Shown one piece after another: positions 1-9,982 of a stretch of DNA of 64,000 nt. Every line of letters begins with the position of its first letter. Position 1 is the stretch's first letter. The notes beneath the pieces were generated by a model. That model searched no databases, had not been told where the DNA came from, and was given only the letters and a program-made list of their open reading frames with translations. The stretch lies in IMG/VR virus record IMGVR_UViG_3300038679_000051, positions 192,001-256,000 of that record. One strand, given 5' to 3'. The stretch is from a virus. Lineage: Duplodnaviria > Caudoviricetes. Made by a program: the position numbers and the translations under genes.

Positions 1-2
1 GT

Positions 3-2486
3 GTAAAGAGATTGTTGTCATCAATTAGAATGCATACTGACCTGTCAAAAGTTACAATTTTTATCAGTGATGAGTCCACCAATCACGTGGTCAAGGATTG
101 GTTGCGGGAACAGAATGACATAACATTAATTGACAATCAGGTGAAACTTGGGGTTGCTGGTAATAGTAACAGATTATTGAAATGTTTATCTAGATTTAAA
201 TACAAAATTTTATTGAATGATGATGTAGAAATATTGAATGATGGATGGGAGAAATTTTATTTTGATGCCATGATTAGAACAGGAATGCACCATTTTTGTT
301 ATAGGCAGGCTGGTGTATATGGTGCCAATTTAGCTGATGCTAAACGCATGAGGGTGAATGATACCATAGTAAACAAAATCGACAAAAAGCCACATGGTGC
401 AGTCATGGCTTTTGATCAACTGTGTTTTGAAAAGGTAGGATATTTTGATGAAGGTTTCAATCCTTACGGTATGGAGCATGTTGATTGGTCTAATAGAATT
501 CATTACGCAGGGCTTCAGCCAAGTGGATATTATGACGTCAATGGCTCGGAGAGATTTTTTAAAATCCATCATGAACGATCTGCTTCTGAGGACAGAAGTG
601 CAATGTTGGCAAAATCGAATGGCATATTCAAAACTGTTTCTGCAGATAGGAATAGGATTTATATAGATAGCAACGTGATGGTTCCAAGCATGAGCGTAAT
701 AGTGCCATTTCGTGGTATTGATAGAGCGAAAGCAATCAGAACGGTAGTAGAAAATCTTCGTTGTCAATTGTTTCCGGTATTGGAAATACTGGTGATAGAA
801 CAAGATGAAATTTCTAGATTGAATCCAGCGGACATATATCCAGCAAAATTGATGCATTGTCCAAACAATCCTGGTAGACAATTTTGTAAATCGGCGGCGT
901 TCAATATGGGGGTGATGAATGCTAGCCATGATTTGTTGATCCTACATGATGCCGATATGGTAGTGCAAATTAATTATGCCAAGTTGATATATGATAAGTT
1001 ACAGAAATCAGAAGCATGTCATATAGGTAAAGATGTTGCCTATTTTGATCATATGACGACCGAGACGATTTATAATCGTGGGATGTCTTTTAATAATATT
1101 GATGATGTGGTGTGTGAACGGACAGTGAATTATTTTGAGGGTGGATCTTTGGCACTTCACAAGGGGACATATCTTAGGATTGGTGGGTTTAATGAGGATT
1201 TTATTGGATATGGGTGTGAGGATTGTGAATTTTTTCGAAGATTAAAAAGCCAATCTAAATTTGACGATGAGAGGACGGTTACTTTATTTCATCTGTGGCA
1301 TGGACGGACTGCTGGATGGGATGGATGTCATAAGACTAACAAACGGAAATGGACTGCCTTCGAATCAAAACCAATGGTCGAGAGAATTTCGCAATTGACG
1401 AATCAATTATCGAAGTGGAAGGGAAAAGTTGCACCATTGGAATGTGTCACTAATTTCGATTCAATAAACATGCAGGAATTAAAGGTCGGGGGCGTGTTGT
1501 GTTGTGGCCCAGATGGTGGTGCGTTTAAATATTATACGGATGGGATTGGGAATGCGTTTAAAGAATTAGGCATTAGATTTCATCAATGGGATGGTAAGGA
1601 TGAATCGATCATAAAAGAGTTGCAACCAAGATTATATATAGCATGTTCAGAGGCATGGCAACATAATTATCCGGAATGGGCCAGAAAGGAATATGACACA
1701 AAGGTTATCATTCATGTTAATCCATATGGCATCACCAAAATAGGTAGCGTCGATGGTGGACCAGTCATCGACGCTAAAGACAAGGACATAAAATGGGTCA
1801 TTTCACAGAAACCACATAGCGTGTTCTGCTATGCTATGAATGAGACAATTGATAATTATTATAATTATTGGCAGAACAGACATGGTTTCAAGACTTATGC
1901 GATGCCACTTGCTGCTGATCATGTTTTATATGGAATGGGTAGTGACGTTGAGAGATTCAAATTCGACGTTGGATGGATAGGTGGAATGTGGCCTTATAAA
2001 CAAAAAATGATGGACGTATATTTAAATCCACTTCGCAATAAATATAAATGTGGTTTTTATGGGTGGAATAATGCGTGGGGAATGGGGACAATATCTAATG
2101 ATGATTCAAAACATTTATTTAAGAGTTGTAAAATTTGTCCATCAGTGTCTGAATCACATTCAGTGCAACACCCGATAGACATACCTGAGAGAGTCTATAA
2201 AGTGCCGTGTGCTGGCGGTTTTACCATTCACACTCCCACTAAGGCAATTGCGTCAATGGGATTATCTGATGTCATACCAGTCGCGGCGGATGCAAATGAT
2301 TGGTTCCAAATGATTCATCATTATATGACTAATGATGACGAACGGATTGATCTTGCATTGAAACAAAGAAGCGCAATCCTTGGTGGACATACATATCTGC
2401 ATCGTATAACGAATCTAATTAATGAATTTTATCCAGAGATGATCAACGTACTAGACGAGAAAAAATCATTACTCATCAATGGATAG
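3..2486 (+). CDS. Multi-domain glycosyltransferase (GT-A/GT2 + GT2/GT7C-like + C-terminal GT-B CgeB-like), 5' end truncated by window
   Basis: ILLNDDVE and LILHDADM DxD motifs; GGFNEDFIGYGCEDCEF; C-terminal FDVGWIGG...PERVYKVPCAGGF; frame open to window edge. Confidence 0.85.
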   Translation, partial: VKRLLSSIRMHTDLSKVTIFISDESTNHVVKDWLREQNDITLIDNQVKLGVAGNSNRLLKCLSRFKYKILLNDDVEILNDGWEKFYFDAMIRTGMHHFCYRQAGVYGANLADAKRMRVNDTIVNKIDKKPHGAVMAFDQLCFEKVGYFDEGFNPYGMEHVDWSNRIHYAGLQPSGYYDVNGSERFFKIHHERSASEDRSAMLAKSNGIFKTVSADRNRIYIDSNVMVPSMSVIVPFRGIDRAKAIRTVVENLRCQLFPVLEILVIEQDEISRLNPADIYPAKLMHCPNNPGRQFCKSAAFNMGVMNASHDLLILHDADMVVQINYAKLIYDKLQKSEACHIGKDVAYFDHMTTETIYNRGMSFNNIDDVVCERTVNYFEGGSLALHKGTYLRIGGFNEDFIGYGCEDCEFFRRLKSQSKFDDERTVTLFHLWHGRTAGWDGCHKTNKRKWTAFESKPMVERISQLTNQLSKWKGKVAPLECVTNFDSINMQELKVGGVLCCGPDGGAFKYYTDGIGNAFKELGIRFHQWDGKDESIIKELQPRLYIACSEAWQHNYPEWARKEYDTKVIIHVNPYGITKIGSVDGGPVIDAKDKDIKWVISQKPHSVFCYAMNETIDNYYNYWQNRHGFKTYAMPLAADHVLYGMGSDVERFKFDVGWIGGMWPYKQKMMDVYLNPLRNKYKCGFYGWNNAWGMGTISNDDSKHLFKSCKICPSVSESHSVQHPIDIPERVYKVPCAGGFTIHTPTKAIASMGLSDVIPVAADANDWFQMIHHYMTNDDERIDLALKQRSAILGGHTYLHRITNLINEFYPEMINVLDEKKSLLING

Positions 2487-2786
2487 AGTTTCAGCGATTT
2501 GTCGTCGGAATTGTTCAAACAACCATTTCGACAACTTGGCCGCTTCCAGTATTTCGCCTCTATAGGCGAGCATTGGTTGATTCGTTTTGGGGTCAATGAT
2601 GACGATTGCCGATAACTTGATCTCATTGCTATCTAAATGTTTATATAAAGGGATCATCAATTCCTTGAACCTGGTTTCATATGCCTTTTCGGCATCTTTT
2701 TGTAATTCTTCTGGGTTCTTCGTGGTTACGTCTTGGGTTGGTTGCTCCGGCGTTCTTTTTATTTCTTTTTTTGTCTCTTTTTTCAT
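2469..2786 (-). CDS. Hypothetical protein
   Basis: 105-aa ORF with AAAGGAG RBS upstream of ATG. Confidence 0.7.
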   Translation of the reverse strand: MKKETKKEIKRTPEQPTQDVTTKNPEELQKDAEKAYETRFKELMIPLYKHLDSNEIKLSAIVIIDPKTNQPMLAYRGEILEAAKLSKWLFEQFRRQIAETLSIDE

Positions 2787-2801
2787 GCGTTTCTCCTTTA
2801 A

Positions 2802-2829
2802 AGATTGAATACTTATAAGTATTCAATCT
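2802..2829. promoter_or_regulatory. Perfect 28-bp palindrome between divergent genes
   Basis: agattgaatacttataagtattcaatct is its own reverse complement; lies between start codons at 2786(-) and 2833(+). Confidence 0.7.
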
Positions 2830-2832
2830 ATA

Positions 2833-3459
2833 ATGGATATGACGGATGAGAAAATTCAAACGATTTATGGGTGGTATGTTGATGCTCTAAAGAGAAATGG
2901 TGCCCACCCTAATGTTCCTAAGAAAACTGATCTTAAAAAGACATATGTATGGCGAGCAATTACGAAGTTTGCAAACAAGACGGCTGGCTGGGGCATCAGC
3001 GATGAATTATCAAAGAAATTAATATATGAAGTAGTGACCTTCTCGATGAAGAGAAAAAACAAATCAGCTTTATTGATGAGCGACGCAGTGCTTAAAAAGT
3101 GTCTTAATTTTATGATTGATAGAATGAAAGCACAAGAGGAAGCAATGGAGCGTTTAAGAAAATCCAAAAGATTCCTAGACAAAAACGAAAAATTGTTGTT
3201 AATGAAAGAACGTGACGGAGGTTGGCCCAACATCGTAGTGTGGCATAGATCTGGTGATTTATCATTGTCATGTCTAGCATTATCAAGACGATGTGGACAT
3301 ATAATGAAGCAAATGTCAGAAATCGATAGACGAAATTTACCTGATTTAGATAGAATTAATAAGATACGCATTAAGTATCTTATAAATGATGAGATGTCAG
3401 AATGTTGTCGCAAAACATTGGGTTCTGATTTGGTAACACCAAGGTGGGGGAAACAATGA
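2833..3459 (+). CDS. Hypothetical protein (first gene of RNR/helicase operon)
   Basis: 208-aa ORF; stop overlaps nrdJ start (ATGA). Confidence 0.7.
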   Translation: MDMTDEKIQTIYGWYVDALKRNGAHPNVPKKTDLKKTYVWRAITKFANKTAGWGISDELSKKLIYEVVTFSMKRKNKSALLMSDAVLKKCLNFMIDRMKAQEEAMERLRKSKRFLDKNEKLLLMKERDGGWPNIVVWHRSGDLSLSCLALSRRCGHIMKQMSEIDRRNLPDLDRINKIRIKYLINDEMSECCRKTLGSDLVTPRWGKQ

Positions 3460-6400
3460 TCGATAGATTTGCCACTTCCGTTGGTACAGATCCATTCTCA
3501 TTATGTGATTGGGTTATGACTGAAGTAAGAATTAAAGATCATCGTACTGGTGCGGATGTTTTTTATCTGCCTAAAGCGGAAGTCCCAACGCATTGGTCTA
3601 AAAATGCGGCGCAGATATGCGTATCAAAATATTTTAGAATGACTGATATTCCAAACGCGACGACACCTATTGCTGAAGATGGTGTACCAAATTGGTTATG
3701 GCGTAGGGCAGCGAATGCAAATAATGTGACATATGGCAGTGAAACGAGCGTTAAACAGGTTCTCCATAGAATAACAGGATATTGGACATATTGGGGATGG
3801 AAGTATGGATATTTTGGGGATGAATTAGAAGCAAGAACATTTTACGATGAATGTGTCTATGCTATGGTGATGCAATGGATGGCACCGAATACTCCTGTGT
3901 TCTTCAATGCTGGTCTGTATTGGGCATATGGCATACAAGGCAATAAGAAGGGTATGTGGCGTTGTGATCCAAAGACTGGCGTAGCTTATGAAACTGATGA
4001 TTTTTTTACGCATGCCGGGACCCATGCTTGTCATATATTGTCTTTAAGTGATACATTGTTAGAAGAAGGTGGAATATATGACAATTTATCGGTAGAAGCA
4101 CGAGCATTTGCCACTGGTGGTGGTGTTGGATCAAATTTCTCAAACATAAGATCATCTGGTGAATTGTTGAGTACTGGTAATAGAGCGACTGGATTGATGT
4201 CCTTCTTAAAAGTGTTTGATAGGTCGGCTGGTGTTATAAAGAGTGGGTCGAATAGCCGTCGTGCTGCAAAAATGGTAATTATTGATATTGACCACCCAGA
4301 GATTGAGGAATTTATAGATTGGAAGGCGAATGAAGAAAAGAAAGTAGATGCATTAATATCAGCAGGATATGACAATGATTATGAAGGCGAAGCTTATCGA
4401 ACCGTTTCAGGACAAAACTCAAATAATTCAGTCAGAATATCAAATAAATTCATGAAGACATTGAACGAAGACAAAGATTGGCAATTGACGTCTAGAACGG
4501 GTGGCGATGCAGTAAAAGAAATTAAGGCTGTTGATTTATGGAATAAAATCTTAAAAGCGGCTTGGCGATGTGGCGATCCAGCCGTACAATTTGATGATAC
4601 GTTTAATGATTGGAATACGTGTCCGAATGATGGGAGAATTAGGGGTACCAATCCATGCTCTGAATATTCTGGATTAGATAACACATCATGCAATTTAGCA
4701 TCCATTAATCTACAGAAGGTGGTTGACAGTGATTTGAACGTGGACATCGATAAATTGCGGCATGTTTGCCGATTATTGGTCGTAGCGCTGGATATCAATA
4801 ACATAGCTGCACAATTGCCATCTAAGAAATTAGCTGAGGGAGTTTATAAATATAGATCGATTGGCATTGGACATACTGGGATTGGTGCAGTCTTAATGAG
4901 AGCTGGGATGTCTTATAGTTCGCAGACATCATGTAATTTTGCCGCTGCAGTCACTTCATTAATGACTGCATATGCATATGAGATGAGCAATGAATTGGCG
5001 GGTAAATTAGGGTCATTTCCGCGTTATGATCATAACAAAGACGCAATGATGTCAATTATCGCAAAACACGCCGAATTATCCTGTGGATGTAAATCGCATT
5101 TTTATTATTCGATAACACATCGATTACTTGACAGTAAATTGAGTGATGCATTATGTATATGGACTAAATTGAAAGGACTTGACGGTTTCAGAAATTCATT
5201 TGTCACCCTGATTCAACCATCTGGTACGATAGGTTTGTTGATGGATTGCGACACATTGGCTGTTGAACCGGATTATTCACTAATTAAACATAAGAGATTG
5301 TCCGGCGGTGGAAGTATGAAAATAGTAAATGAGGGCGTCAGGGAAGCATTGCAGAAATTGCAATATGATGATTGTCAAGTTAGGGAAATGATGTTATGGA
5401 TGCTTGGACATGGTACGATTAAGAGTGCGCCACACATAAATGCAAATTCATTGCATGAAATGGGTGTGACGATAGAGGATCTTGATAAAATTGATGCTGC
5501 CGCAAAAAGTGCAATTGAACTTAGACATATTATGGAATTGTCGAATGTCAGCAAAAAGAATGTCGGCATCGAAATGAAATTCAGTGGTAACATATTTAAG
5601 AGACTTAATTTTACTAAAGAACAATATAAAGAGGCGAATGGATGGATATGCGGACATGGGACGCTTGAGGGCGCACCACATATAAAACCAGAACATTTGT
5701 GCGTATTCGATTGTGCGAACGTCAATGGTGATGGCCAAAGATCCATTTCATGGCAAGCACATGTTGCGATGATGGCAGCTGTCAGTCCATTTATATCAGG
5801 GTCAATAAGTAAGACGGTGAATATGCCGAATGATGCTACAGAAAAGGATCTCAATGATGTCTTCATTAAGTCGCATTTAAGCGGCATAAAATGTATATCC
5901 ATATATCGAGATGGTTGCAAACGATCACAGCCACTTAATAATCCATTGGATTTGACTTGGTGGGATCCGCCTATAGAAGATAAGATTTATTTCCGTGGAC
6001 AACGCAAGAAACCACCAAAACGGAGACTAGGCATTATCGAGGAAGCAACGATAAATGATGCAGGGAAACATTATAAATTGTGGGTACAATTCTTCGAATA
6101 TGAAGACGGTGCATTGTGTGAGATATGGATCGACATTAGTAAGGAGAATCCTCATTATAAACTTGCGTTAAAGTGGTGGGCAAGAGCTTTGTCAAATGCG
6201 ATCCAATATGGACAACCTCTCGATGAAATTGGCTCTAGTTTTCTGTTTGAGGAGGGTGGTCCATCGGGTCCTACTGATCATAAATATATAACATATTGTA
6301 AGTCGATACCGGATTTCGTTATGAAATTAATGGCCATGCATTATTTAGGTGACACCAATTGGTGTCGCATTAAACCACCGATTAGTGAATTGCGTTGCAG

Positions 6401-6578
6401 AATGGATCGATCAATTAAATATTCCACTGGCATCACTAAATCTGAAATGGCACCAAAAAGAATGAAAATAAGCAACACTGACATCACTAAGTGCGATAAA
6501 TGTGGTGGGGCTGTGAGTCTATGGCCCTGTCCGACATGTACTGAGTGTGGATATCAATCAAAAGGGTGTAATCCATAA
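3456..6578 (+). CDS. nrdJ: Class II (adenosylcobalamin-dependent) ribonucleotide reductase
   Basis: APNTPVFFNAG, HACHILS, TNPCSEY, SCNLASINL, TLIQPSGTIG, FISGSISKTVN, IYRDGCK; C-terminal Zn-ribbon CDKC..CTEC; no NrdB nearby. Confidence 0.95.
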   Translation: MIDRFATSVGTDPFSLCDWVMTEVRIKDHRTGADVFYLPKAEVPTHWSKNAAQICVSKYFRMTDIPNATTPIAEDGVPNWLWRRAANANNVTYGSETSVKQVLHRITGYWTYWGWKYGYFGDELEARTFYDECVYAMVMQWMAPNTPVFFNAGLYWAYGIQGNKKGMWRCDPKTGVAYETDDFFTHAGTHACHILSLSDTLLEEGGIYDNLSVEARAFATGGGVGSNFSNIRSSGELLSTGNRATGLMSFLKVFDRSAGVIKSGSNSRRAAKMVIIDIDHPEIEEFIDWKANEEKKVDALISAGYDNDYEGEAYRTVSGQNSNNSVRISNKFMKTLNEDKDWQLTSRTGGDAVKEIKAVDLWNKILKAAWRCGDPAVQFDDTFNDWNTCPNDGRIRGTNPCSEYSGLDNTSCNLASINLQKVVDSDLNVDIDKLRHVCRLLVVALDINNIAAQLPSKKLAEGVYKYRSIGIGHTGIGAVLMRAGMSYSSQTSCNFAAAVTSLMTAYAYEMSNELAGKLGSFPRYDHNKDAMMSIIAKHAELSCGCKSHFYYSITHRLLDSKLSDALCIWTKLKGLDGFRNSFVTLIQPSGTIGLLMDCDTLAVEPDYSLIKHKRLSGGGSMKIVNEGVREALQKLQYDDCQVREMMLWMLGHGTIKSAPHINANSLHEMGVTIEDLDKIDAAAKSAIELRHIMELSNVSKKNVGIEMKFSGNIFKRLNFTKEQYKEANGWICGHGTLEGAPHIKPEHLCVFDCANVNGDGQRSISWQAHVAMMAAVSPFISGSISKTVNMPNDATEKDLNDVFIKSHLSGIKCISIYRDGCKRSQPLNNPLDLTWWDPPIEDKIYFRGQRKKPPKRRLGIIEEATINDAGKHYKLWVQFFEYEDGALCEIWIDISKENPHYKLALKWWARALSNAIQYGQPLDEIGSSFLFEEGGPSGPTDHKYITYCKSIPDFVMKLMAMHYLGDTNWCRIKPPISELRCRMDRSIKYSTGITKSEMAPKRMKISNTDITKCDKCGGAVSLWPCPTCTECGYQSKGCNP

Positions 6579-6591
6579 AGTAGAGGGTGGA

Positions 6592-8112
6592 ATGCTAATA
6601 AAAATAAGAGATAACAAAATCATACATGTAGAAGGCATTACCACGACAGAAGAACAATTGTTGCGGAAATGGTTCAGCGCCAGAAACCCTGCATTCAGAT
6701 ATATCCGTGGCATAATGCCAGGGGTCAGTTACGATGGGGTAGTATGTAGATATAATGCAGTTAAACGGACTTTGCCATTGACGTTTAAAAATGAATTGCG
6801 CACGAGGTGTGCCCAATATGACATCAAATTAACGATAATCGATGAACGGCAGCGACCAAAATATGCAGCTGATCCGGATTTAATAAATGAAGACTGGTTG
6901 CCTGGCATTAAATTAAATGATTATCAAATAGATTCAATAAAGGCGGCTTGCGTAGAGGAATGCGGTATATTATGTTTACCTACCGGCAGTGGTAAAGGCG
7001 AATTGATAGCCGGTATTGTGAAGGCATACAAATGCCCAACAGTGATATTAGCTGAACAAGTAGTCATCATCGATCAATTGAAGGAGAGATTAGAACTTAG
7101 AGATGTGGTTGAAGAAGTAGGGTTATTTTATGCTGGGACGACGCCAGACGATAAGTTAGTATGCATTGGGACTTCGTCGTCATTATTGATCCCACCATTG
7201 CCGACAAAATTCAAACACAAACCTACCAAATTTCTACAATTAATGAAAGCAAGACAAACTAGAAGCGAAAATGCTATGAAATATAGAGATTTGCTAAAGA
7301 AAGCTGATCTATTGATAGTTGATGAATGCGATAGAGCAGTTTCAAAGACTTATAAACACATGTTTAGACATTGGTTTAACGGTAGACGTAGATTCGGCAT
7401 GAGTGCAACGCCATTTGATAGGAAGAAACCAATAGAAAATCTATTTGTTCGCGAACATTTTGGATCTATAATTCATGAAGTTCATAGAGACGTAGTGGAG
7501 CAAAGTGGTAGAATCATTCCAATAAAATTCTACATGATAGCTATTGGAGAAGATGGATATAAATTCGAGGGATCGACTTGGGATATCGCATTGAAAGAGC
7601 AAGTAATTGAGAACGGGGAATTCCACCAAACCGTCAAAGGCGTAGTAGAATCATTTAAAGACGATGGTACGTTGATATTAGTGGAAAGAGACGAGCTGGG
7701 CAAAATGCTTGAATCAATAATTGAAAATTCTGTGTTTATTAATGGACAAACTCCTAAAAAACAGAGAAGAAATGTGATTGATCGGTTCGAGAAGAGAGAA
7801 ATTAAGTGTCTGATAGGTGGGAAAATTCTCAAACGTGGATTCGATTTAAAGGGTGGTTGTGAAAATCTTATTTTGAGTGGTATGGGCCAGCTCCACTCTG
7901 ATCTATTGCAGCAGATCGGCCGAGCTTTTCGTTTAAACTCGAAAGGTAAAGCTAGAGTGTTCGATTTTTATTTTATGAATAATAAATATTTATATGGTCA
8001 CAGCAAAGAGCGATTAAAGGCTGTTGTCAATTCTGGATATGATGCTACAGTCATTTTCAAAAATAAGACAATATCTGGACTGGAATTGATTAAGCGTAAA
8101 TTTAGGATATAG
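6592..8112 (+). CDS. uvsW: SF2 DNA helicase, UvsW-like
   Basis: LNDYQ, LPTGSGKG (Walker A), LIVDECD, GMSATP, RGFD, QQIGRAFR; start at ATG 6592 after GAGGG. Confidence 0.85.
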   Translation: MLIKIRDNKIIHVEGITTTEEQLLRKWFSARNPAFRYIRGIMPGVSYDGVVCRYNAVKRTLPLTFKNELRTRCAQYDIKLTIIDERQRPKYAADPDLINEDWLPGIKLNDYQIDSIKAACVEECGILCLPTGSGKGELIAGIVKAYKCPTVILAEQVVIIDQLKERLELRDVVEEVGLFYAGTTPDDKLVCIGTSSSLLIPPLPTKFKHKPTKFLQLMKARQTRSENAMKYRDLLKKADLLIVDECDRAVSKTYKHMFRHWFNGRRRFGMSATPFDRKKPIENLFVREHFGSIIHEVHRDVVEQSGRIIPIKFYMIAIGEDGYKFEGSTWDIALKEQVIENGEFHQTVKGVVESFKDDGTLILVERDELGKMLESIIENSVFINGQTPKKQRRNVIDRFEKREIKCLIGGKILKRGFDLKGGCENLILSGMGQLHSDLLQQIGRAFRLNSKGKARVFDFYFMNNKYLYGHSKERLKAVVNSGYDATVIFKNKTISGLELIKRKFRI

Positions 8113-8150
8113 ATCGAAATATTTAATGTATTAAATTATTGGGAGGTAAG

Positions 8151-9128
8151 ATGATAACTACGATGACAAAGACGAAAAAATTAAATCTTGTCGATTTGGA
8201 CGATGCGCAATTGCGTGAATTACTTCCGCCTAATTATGATTTCAATAGAGATAATCTTCTGAGTAATGGTCTCAGAAGGATGCGATGGATAAATTACATA
8301 AGACATAACAATCCAAATATGGTCAAAATGCAGCAGACACAAAAAATACAAAAAAGTCGTAAGCTTAAAGTGCCTGAACCTGAATCTAAAATCGAAGCGA
8401 ATGTCGATGAAACTGATGAAATTATCGAGAACATTGATAATACAGTTGATAAAAAACTTCCTAAGAATTATTATTTCGACAATGAGAAGGTAGAGAAATT
8501 ATTGCAACGATATGTTGATGGTGCTTGTACTGATGTCGTATTGCGTAATGAAATCATGGAACATGCTAGTGAATTGATTAGACAAATCATACGTGCACAT
8601 GGATTACATAACATTTATCCAGGTCGTGAAGATTCATCTTTTTTTGATTTGTTTCAGTTGGCATGGTGTCAGATTGAATCTACATTATATAAATATCAAA
8701 AAGGAAGAGCCAAAATATTTAATATGTTCAGTCAAGTTGCTAGAACGGTAATTCTGGCACACATTAAAAAGGAAGGCAGAGATAAGAAGAATTGTAAACC
8801 ATATCAAGACATGCTTGTCCGCAAACATGGTACTGCTAGGTCGTTGATGTTCGATAGATTTATTGAAGAAGCCAGAGAGATTTGTAAATTTAATGAAGAT
8901 CATCTTATAGTTTTAGATGCATTGGGTAGATTGTTTGATGTTGACCATAAACCATATGATGGTTTGGTCAGTAAATTAATTAAAATGTCAGGTAGAAGCA
9001 GACAACATGTGGTCAGTTTCATTGAAACTTTACGGATGAGGAGTTCTGAGTTCACTGACTCACCGATAAATGATAAACCAATGCCACACCCATTGGTTTA
9101 TCAAGGGGTGCCCGACGATGAAGATTGA
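8151..9128 (+). CDS. T4 gp55-like late sigma factor (putative)
   Basis: DLFQLAWCQIESTLYKY...IFNMFSQVARTVILAHIKKE resembles gp55 region 2 (F.YF(T/S)Q...RI.KE); sits just upstream of packaging genes. Confidence 0.6.
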   Translation: MITTMTKTKKLNLVDLDDAQLRELLPPNYDFNRDNLLSNGLRRMRWINYIRHNNPNMVKMQQTQKIQKSRKLKVPEPESKIEANVDETDEIIENIDNTVDKKLPKNYYFDNEKVEKLLQRYVDGACTDVVLRNEIMEHASELIRQIIRAHGLHNIYPGREDSSFFDLFQLAWCQIESTLYKYQKGRAKIFNMFSQVARTVILAHIKKEGRDKKNCKPYQDMLVRKHGTARSLMFDRFIEEAREICKFNEDHLIVLDALGRLFDVDHKPYDGLVSKLIKMSGRSRQHVVSFIETLRMRSSEFTDSPINDKPMPHPLVYQGVPDDED

Positions 9129-9555
9129 AGAATCTTTGCCACATTCAATTAAGGATAAGGTGTTTAAGAAAGTCAGACGTAAAAAAATTGGTTCGCCAGA
9201 GACTAATCTACATATAGGGCTAGTTCCTAGAAAATCAGCCAACCATGTTGCTAGGATGTATAGATACGGTAGAGGCAAGGAGGATGAAGACATGGATCAA
9301 AAGAATGTGGAAGAGACTATAGTTGAAGATGTCAATATGGAAGTCATTAAGGCATATGAGGACATGAAGAAGAGCATGGCTGAGCTTACTAAATTGTTTG
9401 CTCAAATAAATCAGACAATGCAACAGAATGTTGCTAGTATGCAGAAATGGGAGAAATTACATGCACTCCAACGACAACAGGAGCAGCGAGAACAACGAGC
9501 GAAACAACGATCTGAACGATCAATTGAGCGAATTGAACCAACTGCTGGACAATGA
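9118..9555 (+). CDS. Hypothetical coiled-coil protein (alternative start 9292 with AGGAGG RBS)
   Basis: ATG overlaps end of sigma gene; Gln/Glu-rich helical C-terminal half. Confidence 0.5.
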   Translation: MKIEESLPHSIKDKVFKKVRRKKIGSPETNLHIGLVPRKSANHVARMYRYGRGKEDEDMDQKNVEETIVEDVNMEVIKAYEDMKKSMAELTKLFAQINQTMQQNVASMQKWEKLHALQRQQEQREQRAKQRSERSIERIEPTAGQ

Positions 9556-9982
9556 TGTGCCAGAAACGATAGAAGAAGCACCCATAACGCAAGAACCACA
9601 GACACAGACAATGGAGATAGCACCGACGGCGCAAATGTTACCGCAAGTACAACCAGCTCAGATTGAAGCAACACAATTATTGTCAGATTTTCAACAGACG
9701 TCACATGAAATATTGGGAAATTTTAGAGAAGATAGGCGACAAGTAGATGAAGTTGTCAGGCATCTTTGGGATAAAGTCAAGAACAATGAAGACATACCAA
9801 GAACTTATATTGAACAATTAGTGTCGGCATTAGGAGTTAAAGCTGACATCAATGCTAATGCTTGTAAATTACTTGAAGCTAAGGCTAAAATGATGTCTGC
9901 TGGAAAATCTGCTTTCATAAATAACAACAACATATTTGCTGGTTCTGATCTAGATGAATTACTAGATAGGCCCATACAATAA
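9461..9982 (+). CDS. Putative terminase small subunit
   Basis: Helical 173-aa protein whose stop overlaps the TerL start; assignment by position only. Confidence 0.45.
   Translation: MHSNDNRSSENNERNNDLNDQLSELNQLLDNDVPETIEEAPITQEPQTQTMEIAPTAQMLPQVQPAQIEATQLLSDFQQTSHEILGNFREDRRQVDEVVRHLWDKVKNNEDIPRTYIEQLVSALGVKADINANACKLLEAKAKMMSAGKSAFINNNNIFAGSDLDELLDRPIQ

Noticed and set aside
5395-5700. Internal duplication GHGT..APHI in NrdJ
   Set aside because: As I recall, this insert is common in long bacterial NrdJ proteins, so it is not specific to this phage.
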